This document shows positions 28,334 through 37,051 of a stretch of DNA of 64,000 nucleotides, piece after piece. Positions within the stretch are counted from its first letter, which is position 1. Each line of letters opens with the position of its first letter. The notes beneath the pieces are model-generated. The model did not search any database and was not told the origin of the DNA. It saw only the letters and a list, made by a program, of their open reading frames with translations. The stretch lies in assembly GCA_021824345.1 (NCBI GenBank), contig JAKAKW010000012.1:1491-65490 (forward strand), written 5' to 3'. A program made the translations under genes and the position numbers. The stretch is from a bacterium (GTDB taxonomy: Bacteria; Patescibacteriota; Minisyncoccia; Phycocordibacterales; UBA9973).

Positions 28334-29863
28334 TTAGGCGAAGCCGGGGAAGAAATCTTTTTTCACGCGGGAATCGGATACCCCGATGTTTTTTAGCGCG
28401 TTTTCAAAGCCGGATACCATTGAATGGGATCCTGATACATAAAAAGTCCGTTCATCCAGGTCTGGAATTTCTTCCAATACCATTTCCGGATTTATTCTTC
28501 CTCTTCTGCCTTTCCAGCTTGCGGGAATGTTTTGAAGATCGGTCAAAACGTATACCGTGCGTATGCCGAGTTCGTCCCTGGCGCGATCCAGAACGTCCGC
28601 GTAGGCCACATCATCCGCCGTATTGTTGGCGTACATTATTACGATGTCCCGCTTCTCTTTCTTGTCCAGAAGATATTGGATCATGCTGCGGAAGGGAGTG
28701 ACCCCGATGCCGCCGGCCACGAAAACAAGTTTTTTCTTTTTGTTCTTGGGCAGGGTGAAATCTCCCGCGCGCTGGGAAGCGATTATTTCTTCTCCGGGGC
28801 GCAGAGCTATCAATCTTTTTTTGAAGCTGCTGGGTTTCGGATAGAATTTCACTCCTATGATTATGTCTTTCTCGGTAGGAGAAGAGGCGATGGTAAAATA
28901 TCGGCGATTGCCGCGGCTGTCCGCTCCGTCATCCGGCACGGTCCATTCTAAGTATTGCCCGGGGCGGAAATTTATCTTCCTGTTCGAGGCGAATTCAAAA
29001 TTGTACGTGTTGTTCGCCACCTTCCGCACTTTTTTCAGTTTTAAAATCAGTTTTTCTTTCGGGCTTACCAGGTACGAGAAAATGTTTCCAACAACCAAGG
29101 CAAGCTCCGGAGTGGAATATATCGATCCGATGTGCATCATCGGCGAAAACAAAAATCCCGTCAATATTCCGTAAATGATGCGCAGGCTCCTGGTGGGAGG
29201 AGTGGTCAGCGGTTCAGTCAGCATTACGGTGGCGAAGAAGAAAAGGGGAGTGGCCGACATTATGCGCCACACATTGGAGAACACGTCCGAACCGTTCATC
29301 ACGGCCGATCCCGCGATAACCAGGATCATGGTTGCGATGAAGCTAAGCACCAGATCGGAGCGCTGGATTTTTCGAGTAATAAGAAAACCGCCCAGAAGGG
29401 CGAAGGGAAGCATGTAAAGGGTGCCCACCCACCAGCTGGCGGATCCGCCGAAAGCAAAGGCCGTTATCGCCACAGATATGGCGGCCGGATTAAAAATATG
29501 CTTCTTGCCTATGGCAAAAATGTATTTTGAGGCCATGGAGAGCACGGAAGCCCAGAAGGCCAAAGGAAGGAAAACGGCGCTGTTGGCGGATGAAAAAGGA
29601 GTAATAATCAAGGCCAAAATCAGCGCGGTAATGTACGCTGATTCCACATTTGCCGGAACTTTGAACACTTTGGCAAAAACAATGTTTGTGATCAGGCAGA
29701 CGGCGGAAATAAAAAAGACGGAAAAAAGCACCGCCACGGGATTGTAAGGAAGAAGCCCGAAGGAAGAAAAAAGAACGGCCGTGAGCGCCAGTCCGAGCAG
29801 GACATACAGCACCAGGCGGTACATCGTTATTTTATTTAAAAAATTATCTACCAGCTCAAGCAT
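28334..29863 (-). CDS. RnfD/NqrB-like membrane domain fused to FNR-type NAD(P)H oxidoreductase
   Basis: KHIFNPAA and MLTEPLTTP (RnfD-like); RRYFTIASSP, AGGIGVTPFRSM and DFFPG (FNR). Confidence 0.88.
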   Translation of the reverse strand: MLELVDNFLNKITMYRLVLYVLLGLALTAVLFSSFGLLPYNPVAVLFSVFFISAVCLITNIVFAKVFKVPANVESAYITALILALIITPFSSANSAVFLPLAFWASVLSMASKYIFAIGKKHIFNPAAISVAITAFAFGGSASWWVGTLYMLPFALLGGFLITRKIQRSDLVLSFIATMILVIAGSAVMNGSDVFSNVWRIMSATPLFFFATVMLTEPLTTPPTRSLRIIYGILTGFLFSPMMHIGSIYSTPELALVVGNIFSYLVSPKEKLILKLKKVRKVANNTYNFEFASNRKINFRPGQYLEWTVPDDGADSRGNRRYFTIASSPTEKDIIIGVKFYPKPSSFKKRLIALRPGEEIIASQRAGDFTLPKNKKKKLVFVAGGIGVTPFRSMIQYLLDKKEKRDIVIMYANNTADDVAYADVLDRARDELGIRTVYVLTDLQNIPASWKGRRGRINPEMVLEEIPDLDERTFYVSGSHSMVSGFENALKNIGVSDSRVKKDFFPGFA

Positions 29864-29865
29864 GA

Positions 29866-30756
29866 TTAGTTGCGTCGGCGGCCGGTACTCGAGAACTTTC
29901 CTCTCGGGGCCTGCCCCTGGCCCGCTTCGCCCAGCGCCGCCTCTCGCGCCGCCGCGTTGCTAGAGGCGGCGCTGGAAAATGTTTCCGGACTCCGGTCGTT
30001 GTTTGAAAATTTTTCGAAATTGCTGGTGAACGTGGCTATGCCTCGGCGGTCTACCATGTATCCTTCAAACCCTTTCAATTTTTCCAGGAAATAAATTCCG
30101 AAAGGTCCCATGGCAAAAGCGGCGGTGGCAAAGCGATCCGCTTCATAAGCGTCCGGGCCGATTACCGTGACGCTCACTATTTCCGAAAGCGAATCATCTC
30201 TTTTTTGGGGATTATATATGTGCGATCCTCTGGCATAAGTGCCGGAAGTGGCCATTCCGTTTTTTCCGGTGTCTCCGCCCAAAGAGACCACTTTAATGAT
30301 TTCCTTTTCCGGGCTGAACGGATTGCGAATGCCGATTTTCCACGGTTCGCCTTTTTGATTCACTCCGCGGGCCTCAATGTCTCCGCCGGCATTTATGTAA
30401 AAATTATCGTATCCGTCTCCGGAAAGAATATCGGCTGCGGTTTTAATGGCCCATCCTTTGACTATGCCCGAAGGATCCAGCTTTCCATCCGAGGCGCGGA
30501 TGTCGAAATATCCGCTCGTCTCTTTCCTTGTTTTCTCGGCCAGGGAGAGCACCGCCAGCATGTCCGGACTGTATTCGGATTCTTTTATTTCCCCCCGGTT
30601 GATCCGGCTGATCTCGCTTTCCTTTTTGTATGTGCTGAATTTCCCGTCTACGTAAGCGAAATGCCCGAAGACCTTTGCAAGGGCGTCCTTATGCTTCCGC
30701 CGATCGGCGATTTCCACGGAAATGTTCATGCCCATTATTGTTCGCGTCAATTTCAT
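29866..30756 (-). CDS. apbE: FAD:protein FMN transferase ApbE
   Basis: IMGM, DPSGIVKGWA, NAGGDI, ATSGTYARGSHIYNP, ADRFATAAF. Confidence 0.9.
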   Translation of the reverse strand: MKLTRTIMGMNISVEIADRRKHKDALAKVFGHFAYVDGKFSTYKKESEISRINRGEIKESEYSPDMLAVLSLAEKTRKETSGYFDIRASDGKLDPSGIVKGWAIKTAADILSGDGYDNFYINAGGDIEARGVNQKGEPWKIGIRNPFSPEKEIIKVVSLGGDTGKNGMATSGTYARGSHIYNPQKRDDSLSEIVSVTVIGPDAYEADRFATAAFAMGPFGIYFLEKLKGFEGYMVDRRGIATFTSNFEKFSNNDRSPETFSSAASSNAAAREAALGEAGQGQAPRGKFSSTGRRRN

Positions 30757-30768
30757 GGATTGTTTATG

Positions 30769-31365
30769 CTATCCGTTCAAGGCCTGAGTCAAAGCGGAAG
30801 AAAGAGACTGCCGGAATGCTCCGCTTGAATCAGTGGCCCCGGAAACGGTGTTTACATTCGCGCTCTGCGCGGCGACGGCTTCGGATTTAAGATACGGCAT
30901 GGCGTAACTGTTGATGAAGCGGGAAGTGCTGCGGTCGTTCGGGTATTGCAGAAATTGCACATCGACTAATTTTCCGCCTTGGATTACCGCTTCAACCTGT
31001 ATATTGCCGTAATAAGCGTCGGCTACCGGGCCTATGAAAGCGCCGTCCTTGTATTTTGACATCATTCCGGACATCCCGGATCGCCCCATGGAATTTCCGC
31101 CGGCCATGCCTTGCCCGACGGACGATGATCTTCCGGAGAACCCGTTGCCCGATCCGCTTCCGGAAGAGACGGAATTGGCGGTTTGCGCTTGAACTTGATA
31201 GGCGGACCTTCCTTTGGAAGACTGGCCTGCGGGAGCCGGAATGAAGGGCTGGGCGCTGGACGCGATCTGAGCCGAGGAGGAAGAAGGATTTCCGATATTC
31301 TGATACAGAATGTAAAATCCGAAAGTTCCGACAACCAGTATGGATAAAATGTATTTCTTTTTCAT
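30769..31365 (-). CDS. Membrane-anchored FMN-binding (flavinylated) protein
   Basis: N-terminal TM, Ser/Gly/Met linker, YKDG...YGNIQV, flavinylation motif VNTVSGATDSS. Confidence 0.88.
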   Translation of the reverse strand: MKKKYILSILVVGTFGFYILYQNIGNPSSSSAQIASSAQPFIPAPAGQSSKGRSAYQVQAQTANSVSSGSGSGNGFSGRSSSVGQGMAGGNSMGRSGMSGMMSKYKDGAFIGPVADAYYGNIQVEAVIQGGKLVDVQFLQYPNDRSTSRFINSYAMPYLKSEAVAAQSANVNTVSGATDSSGAFRQSLSSALTQALNG

Positions 31366-31452
31366 TATTTTGAACACAAGGCGGGAAAAAGAGCTAAATT
31401 TCCCGCCTTGCGCTTATATATACGAGCGTATTCTATTTTTATTTCATCCAGC

Positions 31453-32157
31453 TTAGAATTTTCCTACGCCGTGCGCTTCTATGACGGAAGGATCGGACAT
31501 GGAACCGAAAACATACACCCGTTCACCGACTTCGAAAGCCGGAGATCCCGGAGGCAGAATCACAATGTGCGTGCCTTCGTCCTTGTCGCTGTCCTTATCA
31601 TCGTGTCGAATGGTTATGCGGTCGGGCTGTACCGCGGACACTATTCCGCGGAAGATTCCGGATTCCGAGTGGGAATTGTGAATGCTCTCGTATGTGTCGC
31701 CGATTATGGGCAGTTCGCCTCGGTCCGCCATGCGCAAGAGAGATCCGTGCAGGGGAGTGAAATTTGCCGCGAGGCCCAGCAAACTTGAAGCGATGAAAAT
31801 AGCGAGAAAGACCGAAAGCAGAGAAACGCGATAGCCTATCTTCCAGCCCTGCAGAAGCCATTCTAGAAGAGTCAATATCAGCACATCCAGAGCAAGCAGG
31901 GTCCAAGGGAAGAGAGACAAAAAGGTGAGAATGCCGCGGCTGCCGAAGCCCAGCAGAAATTGCTCTCCGCTTTCATGAATACTGAACAATATGAAGCTGA
32001 CGACAAATACTGAAACGGCCAGAGCGACAAGGGCGACAAGGATGGTGATGGCAAGCCGGAAAACAAAATACGACTGCGACCGCGCCCGCACCGCGCCCGA
32101 GCGCACCTTTTGGAGCACTTCATCCTTTATATTTTTTTCTAATTTTTCTTCATTCAT
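31453..32157 (-). CDS. Membrane protein, putative anti-sigma factor
   Basis: 3 TM segments; overlaps the ECF sigma stop. Confidence 0.6.
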   Translation of the reverse strand: MNEEKLEKNIKDEVLQKVRSGAVRARSQSYFVFRLAITILVALVALAVSVFVVSFILFSIHESGEQFLLGFGSRGILTFLSLFPWTLLALDVLILTLLEWLLQGWKIGYRVSLLSVFLAIFIASSLLGLAANFTPLHGSLLRMADRGELPIIGDTYESIHNSHSESGIFRGIVSAVQPDRITIRHDDKDSDKDEGTHIVILPPGSPAFEVGERVYVFGSMSDPSVIEAHGVGKF

Positions 32158-32713
32158 AATAATCTTTCGGGATTTTCTTTTTCAGCGCTTCCCTGGCGCG
32201 GGAAAGACGAATTCCCACCGTGCCGACCGGCAGGTGCAGAATGTCCGCAATTTCCTTATAACTGAAATTCTCAAAATAGTACAGGTCGATTATTTCCCGA
32301 TAGGCCGGCGGAAGATTTTTTATTTCCTTATTCAATAATACGCCCATTTCCTCTTTTTCTTTCCTGTCCACCGGTTCTTCCTCTTCGTGCAAAACATGCG
32401 GGATGATCCTGTTCCAGTCAAAAACCGGTATAGGTTCTTTGGTTTTTTTGCGCAGAACGTCCACGAAAGCGTTGTGGGCGATGCGGTATATCCACGGGGA
32501 GAACCTCCGGACCGCGTCGAAATCCCCGATGTTTCGGTACACGGTTATGAAAATGTCTTGCACCGCGTCTCCGATGTTGTCTTCGTAGGGCAGAAGCTTT
32601 TTGCCATACCTGATCATTTTTCCGGTATAGCGATCCATAAGTTCGGCGAAGGCTCCTTCGTCTCCTTTTTGCGCTCGCACTGCAAGCTCTTCATCTGTGG
32701 GGAATTCCGGCAT
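32150..32713 (-). CDS. ECF sigma-70 factor
   Basis: DEELAVRAQKGDEGAF, FSPWIYRIAHN, SYKEIADILHLPVGTVGIRLSRAR. Confidence 0.92.
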   Translation of the reverse strand: MPEFPTDEELAVRAQKGDEGAFAELMDRYTGKMIRYGKKLLPYEDNIGDAVQDIFITVYRNIGDFDAVRRFSPWIYRIAHNAFVDVLRKKTKEPIPVFDWNRIIPHVLHEEEEPVDRKEKEEMGVLLNKEIKNLPPAYREIIDLYYFENFSYKEIADILHLPVGTVGIRLSRAREALKKKIPKDYYE

Positions 32714-32816
32714 AAAAGATACATTATACACTACATGAGGCCGACAGCATGGTCCGGGCTCTCGAGGGGCGGAGGGTTACCCCCGCCCCCTAGACGCCTT
32801 CAGCATATGTGGCGCG

Positions 32817-34049
32817 CTATTCGTAACGCAGGGCGTCTATGGGGTTTTTCTTTCCGGCCTTTCTGGCGGGATAAATACCGAAAGCGATTCCGGCTCCGGC
32901 CGATACGAACAGAGCCAAGCCCACCGCTCCGGGAGGAAAGGCGAAAACCCAGGCAATAGAGAAGAAGCGCGTAAGCGCGAAATATGCGAGTCCGACCACC
33001 GCCGCTCCGATGGCGATGCCGATGATTCCTCCGGTGAAAGTAAGCAAAACCGATTCGATTAAAAATTGCTTCAGAATGTCTCTGTCCGTGGCTCCCACCG
33101 CCTTGCGCAGGCCGATCTCTTTTGTGCGCTCGGTCACCGAAACGAGCATAATGTTCATTATTCCGATTCCTCCCACGATGAGGGATATGGCGGCGATGGC
33201 GGACAGGAAAAGCGTCAGAATGGAAGTGATGTTCCCCAGAGTCTTTAGAGCGTCTTCCATTGATTGCACGGTGAAGTCGTCTTTTGCGGGATCCGTGATG
33301 TGATGGTTTTGGCGAAGCACGGAAATTATGCGTTCTTTCACGAAACCGGTCGTATACGCCGGATCGGATTTCACGTCGACTTCCTGATAGTAATCCACTC
33401 CCAGTATTTGTTTTTGGCCTACGGTGAGGGGAATGACCGCATAATTGTCAAAACTGAAAATGCCCGCTCCCTTCGGATCAAGAACTCCCGTGACGAGGAA
33501 ATTGAAATCTTTCAGCCGGACATACTTTCCGAGAGGGCTTACGTTTCCGAAAAGATCCTTTGCCAGCTGGGAACCCAGAATAATGACTTTGTTGTACGAA
33601 TTCAAATCGGCGTCGGTGAATGGGTGCCCGCTTTGAAACGACAAGTTTATCATTTTAAACATGCTCGGATCGGTGGCGGACCAAAGCACTGATTTGCTTT
33701 TGTTTCCATAAATGATGGTGGCTTGCCCGGTAACGTTAGCCGACACAAGTTTGACTGAAGGCTCTTTTGAAATGCTGTTTACGTCCTGCTTTACCAGAGT
33801 TTTTATCACTACGCCGGCGGCTTGAGCCGGAGCGCCCCCGGCCACAGGCACGCCCGGGTTTATGCTGATCAGATCCGATCCGAATGATTGCACTTGTCCG
33901 ACAATGTAGTATTCGGCGGAAGCGCCCAAGGACATGACGATTATTACCGAAGCTATCCCTATAACGATGCCGAGCATGGTCAAGAGGGAGCGCATTTTGC
34001 CATGAGCCAGGGCGCGAGTTGAAGTTTTAAAGGCGTCTCGGAAAAGCAT
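32817..34049 (-). CDS. MacB/FtsX-like ABC permease
   Basis: RSLLTMLGIVIGI, GGIGIMNIMLVSVTERTKEIGLRKAVGA, PIDALRYE. Confidence 0.93.
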   Translation of the reverse strand: MLFRDAFKTSTRALAHGKMRSLLTMLGIVIGIASVIIVMSLGASAEYYIVGQVQSFGSDLISINPGVPVAGGAPAQAAGVVIKTLVKQDVNSISKEPSVKLVSANVTGQATIIYGNKSKSVLWSATDPSMFKMINLSFQSGHPFTDADLNSYNKVIILGSQLAKDLFGNVSPLGKYVRLKDFNFLVTGVLDPKGAGIFSFDNYAVIPLTVGQKQILGVDYYQEVDVKSDPAYTTGFVKERIISVLRQNHHITDPAKDDFTVQSMEDALKTLGNITSILTLFLSAIAAISLIVGGIGIMNIMLVSVTERTKEIGLRKAVGATDRDILKQFLIESVLLTFTGGIIGIAIGAAVVGLAYFALTRFFSIAWVFAFPPGAVGLALFVSAGAGIAFGIYPARKAGKKNPIDALRYE

Positions 34050-34050
34050 G

Positions 34051-34758
34051 TTATTTCAAATCTCCGTTAATGCGCCGGCGGGAATCAATGGATTGGTCGC
34101 TTTCCACCGTCCCGTCCTTTATTCTGATAATTCTATCCGCAAACTCGGCAGTCTGCGTCTCGTGGGTCACCAATATTACGGTATGTCCTTTCTGATGCAA
34201 AGAGTCCAGAATTTCCATTACTTGCAATCCTGATTGGGAATCCAGGTTTCCCGTCGGCTCATCGGCAAAAATCACATCCGGTTCGGTTACCAGGGCTCGG
34301 GCAATGGCCACTCTTTGTTTTTGTCCTCCGGAGAGCTTGCCCGCTTCGGTATGGAGCTTTTCTTCCAAACCCACGGACTTTACCGCGCTCTCTACCAATT
34401 CCTTTCGTTTGGCCGGGGGCGTGTCCGAATAAAGAAGGGGAATCTCCACATTGTCATATACGGAAAGGCGGGCCAAAAGATTAAAGGATTGGAAGACAAA
34501 CCCCATTTCTTTGTTGCGGGCATAGGCAAGCTCTTTGTCGTTCATTTCATCGATGCCTTTACCTTGAAATTTGTACGACCCGCCGGTGGGGCGATCAAGG
34601 AAAGAGAGAATATGCAGGAGAGTTGATTTTCCGCTGCCTGACGGGCCCATAATGGATACGAATTCTCCTTTTCCAATGGAAAAAGTCACCCCGCGCAGGG
34701 CTTCAGTGGAGGTCCCGTCCTCAATGTATTCTTTCTTAAGATCGCGAACGTCAATCAT
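34051..34758 (-). CDS. ABC transporter ATP-binding protein (MacB/LolD-like)
   Basis: [25 protein letters not shown]. Confidence 0.93.
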   Translation of the reverse strand: MIDVRDLKKEYIEDGTSTEALRGVTFSIGKGEFVSIMGPSGSGKSTLLHILSFLDRPTGGSYKFQGKGIDEMNDKELAYARNKEMGFVFQSFNLLARLSVYDNVEIPLLYSDTPPAKRKELVESAVKSVGLEEKLHTEAGKLSGGQKQRVAIARALVTEPDVIFADEPTGNLDSQSGLQVMEILDSLHQKGHTVILVTHETQTAEFADRIIRIKDGTVESDQSIDSRRRINGDLK

Positions 34759-36212
34759 TATTGCTTCAGGCCTATGTTGATCACTTGCTCTCCTTCGGAC
34801 ACTCCGGAAATGATTTCCGTATTGCCGTCCTTGTCCTGGATGCCCAGAGTTACCGGCACGTCTTTCGTGGTTTTGCCGGACAGAATTTGCACGAAAGTGC
34901 CGTTGTCGTTTTGCAGGATGGCATATTGCGGAAGAATCAGCACTCCATCCAAATGCTTGGTGTGGATGTCCGTGTTGGCGGTCAGTCCGCTCTTCAGGCG
35001 CGGATCAAGATTATCAAAAGATATCTTTACCAGGTAAGTGATCACTCCGTTAGTGTTGGTTTCGGCCGGGGCCACGTAAAAAACTTTGCCGGAGAAAGTT
35101 TCGTTCGGAAAAGCGTCCAGAGTCATGGTGACCGCATCGCCCATTTTTACTTTTCCGATGTCCGTTTCGGTTACGCCGGCGTCCACCTCGTATCCGCCGT
35201 CGGATATTATGGAAATAAGGGGAGTGTTAGTGGAAGCGAATTGTCCAACCTTCACGTCGAACTTTGTTACGGTTCCGCTCAAGGGGGCGATGATTTTTGC
35301 GTTCTGTATATTTGCGATGATCGCATCGACGTTCGCTTGCGCCTGGACCAGTTTTGCCTGATTTACCGCGTCGGTGTTGTTTGTGCCCACGTTCGCCTCT
35401 GCATTGGCGATGGCGGTGGCCCGAGTGGCCAGGGCGGTGTCATAATTTTTTAATGCCGCGGCATATCCGTTCCATCGCTTGTTCGGGATCTCGACTGTCC
35501 AAGTGCTGTATGCGTAGTCCTTGGGGGAAGTTGTGGAAGGGAAAGTGATAAAAAGGCCGTGGGTGCCCAGGGGTACGGCTATATTGGTCGTTGCCACGGA
35601 CATTCCGCTTTCCAGACCCGAATATGCGAAAGCTATTCCAGAGGAGGAATCCGCTGGATATACTTTTATTACATAGGATCCCTCTTCCGTGCCGGTGTAC
35701 GATCCGGAGATGGTCGGAGGCGGATTCGTATCCGAAGAATTGCTTGATACCGGAGCCAAGCCCGCGTACATGGCTTGTTTGGCGGCGGCCACCAGAGCAT
35801 TCTGTTCGGCGGTTACATTGGAGAGATTGTCGGAAGCGGAAGAAGCATTCTGTTCGGCTATGGTAAGGGCTGCTTCCGCGTTCTCCAGCTGAGCCGCCAG
35901 ATCACTCGTATTAAGTTCCGCCAGAACTTGTCCCGCATATACTTTTTTCCCAAGATCGGAATACGTGCGGGCCACGATGCCGCTTGACCCGAAAGCCAAG
36001 GAAACATCTTTTTCCGGAGTCGTATTGCCGGTAACGGAAACAGTTTGATCAAGCGAGCCGCGGTTTACAGTAATGAATTGGTAGGTTTTAGGATGATTAA
36101 AGAACAAAAACTTTGCTCCAACCAAAACGGCAATCAGGACTATGGCGGAAATGGTCCACTTTGACTTAAAAAAACGGCGGATTTTGGACGGCTTTTGCTC
36201 TTCTGGCGACAT
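34758..36212 (-). CDS. Efflux membrane-fusion (MacA/HlyD-like) adaptor with inserted beta-rich domain
   Basis: N-terminal TM, IIAPLSGTV, ETDIGKVKMG, LKSGLTAN. Confidence 0.85.
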   Translation of the reverse strand: MSPEEQKPSKIRRFFKSKWTISAIVLIAVLVGAKFLFFNHPKTYQFITVNRGSLDQTVSVTGNTTPEKDVSLAFGSSGIVARTYSDLGKKVYAGQVLAELNTSDLAAQLENAEAALTIAEQNASSASDNLSNVTAEQNALVAAAKQAMYAGLAPVSSNSSDTNPPPTISGSYTGTEEGSYVIKVYPADSSSGIAFAYSGLESGMSVATTNIAVPLGTHGLFITFPSTTSPKDYAYSTWTVEIPNKRWNGYAAALKNYDTALATRATAIANAEANVGTNNTDAVNQAKLVQAQANVDAIIANIQNAKIIAPLSGTVTKFDVKVGQFASTNTPLISIISDGGYEVDAGVTETDIGKVKMGDAVTMTLDAFPNETFSGKVFYVAPAETNTNGVITYLVKISFDNLDPRLKSGLTANTDIHTKHLDGVLILPQYAILQNDNGTFVQILSGKTTKDVPVTLGIQDKDGNTEIISGVSEGEQVINIGLKQ

Positions 36213-36386
36213 AAGAATTTTCCGTATAATTACGGATTAATGATATGTTTTAATTTTAGCTTTTTAGCGAGGAAAAGTCTAATTAAATTTTGAGCAAAGA
36301 GGGGGGAAGGCGGAGGGTAAGGGCGGAGGGTAACCCCTGCCTGCCGGCAGGCAGGCTCCGCCCTGGACGCGGAGAAAAATCTGTGT

Positions 36387-36641
36387 TTAATCTATGATTT
36401 CAAAAACTTTATTTTTGGATGTATGGCCGGCAAGCAGGCGCACATTGGAAGAAGGAGCGTGAAAATATTCCGCCAAAACTCGGGCAATGGCGGCATTCGC
36501 CTTACCGCGCTCCGGCGCATCCTTTACAGAAACTTTGTAAGAGGGAAGTTCCGCCGTTTGTCCGTCCAGGCTAAGCTGGCGGTCCAATCTTTCCACTTTT
36601 TCTTCTTTTGCCCGTGTTTTTGCCTTTACCTGGATTTTCAT
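36387..36641 (-). CDS. DUF167/YggU family protein
   Basis: VSVKDAPERGKANAAI...LLAGHTSKNKVFEI. Confidence 0.85.
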   Translation of the reverse strand: MKIQVKAKTRAKEEKVERLDRQLSLDGQTAELPSYKVSVKDAPERGKANAAIARVLAEYFHAPSSNVRLLAGHTSKNKVFEIID

Positions 36642-37039
36642 GCGTTTTTCTTTCCCGTCCTCCTTTTTTCTTCATGTCTTCGGATGCCGGCCTCATCAAA
36701 ACCAAGGTGGTGTCCCACTTCATGCCGAACCACGTCAAAAACCATTTCTTTGAGTTTTTGCGGATTCTCTCCGGCAAGCTCTTCTATCGGACGCTGGAAA
36801 ATGGTGATCCTGTCAGGCAGAACGCCGGAGTATCCGGCTCCGCGGTGCGCTTTGGAAACTCCCTCATAAAGGCCCAAGAGAAGTTCTCCGCGCTTGATGC
36901 GCATTTCTTCCGCTTTCGCCGGGCGTACTTCCGGCTCCACGATGAATGCCACATTCTCCATGGCGCGTCTTCCTTCAGGCGGCAGATTATCCACCGCCTC
37001 GGCCACCAGCTTTTCAAAATCTTCTTGAGGAATGCGCAT
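36638..37039 (-). CDS. Zincin-like metallopeptidase
   Basis: LLGLYEG, LPDRITIFQRPI, HEVGHHLG. Confidence 0.88.
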   Translation of the reverse strand: MRIPQEDFEKLVAEAVDNLPPEGRRAMENVAFIVEPEVRPAKAEEMRIKRGELLLGLYEGVSKAHRGAGYSGVLPDRITIFQRPIEELAGENPQKLKEMVFDVVRHEVGHHLGFDEAGIRRHEEKRRTGKKNA

Positions 37040-37051
37040 GAAAGTAATTTC

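Larger units (their letters stand above)
9570..36362. repeat. REP-like palindrome family A, GGCGGAGGGTWACCCTCCGCC (9570, 17748, 22270, 28302, ~32768, 36322)
   Basis: Six intergenic copies read directly, some with substitutions. Confidence 0.9.
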
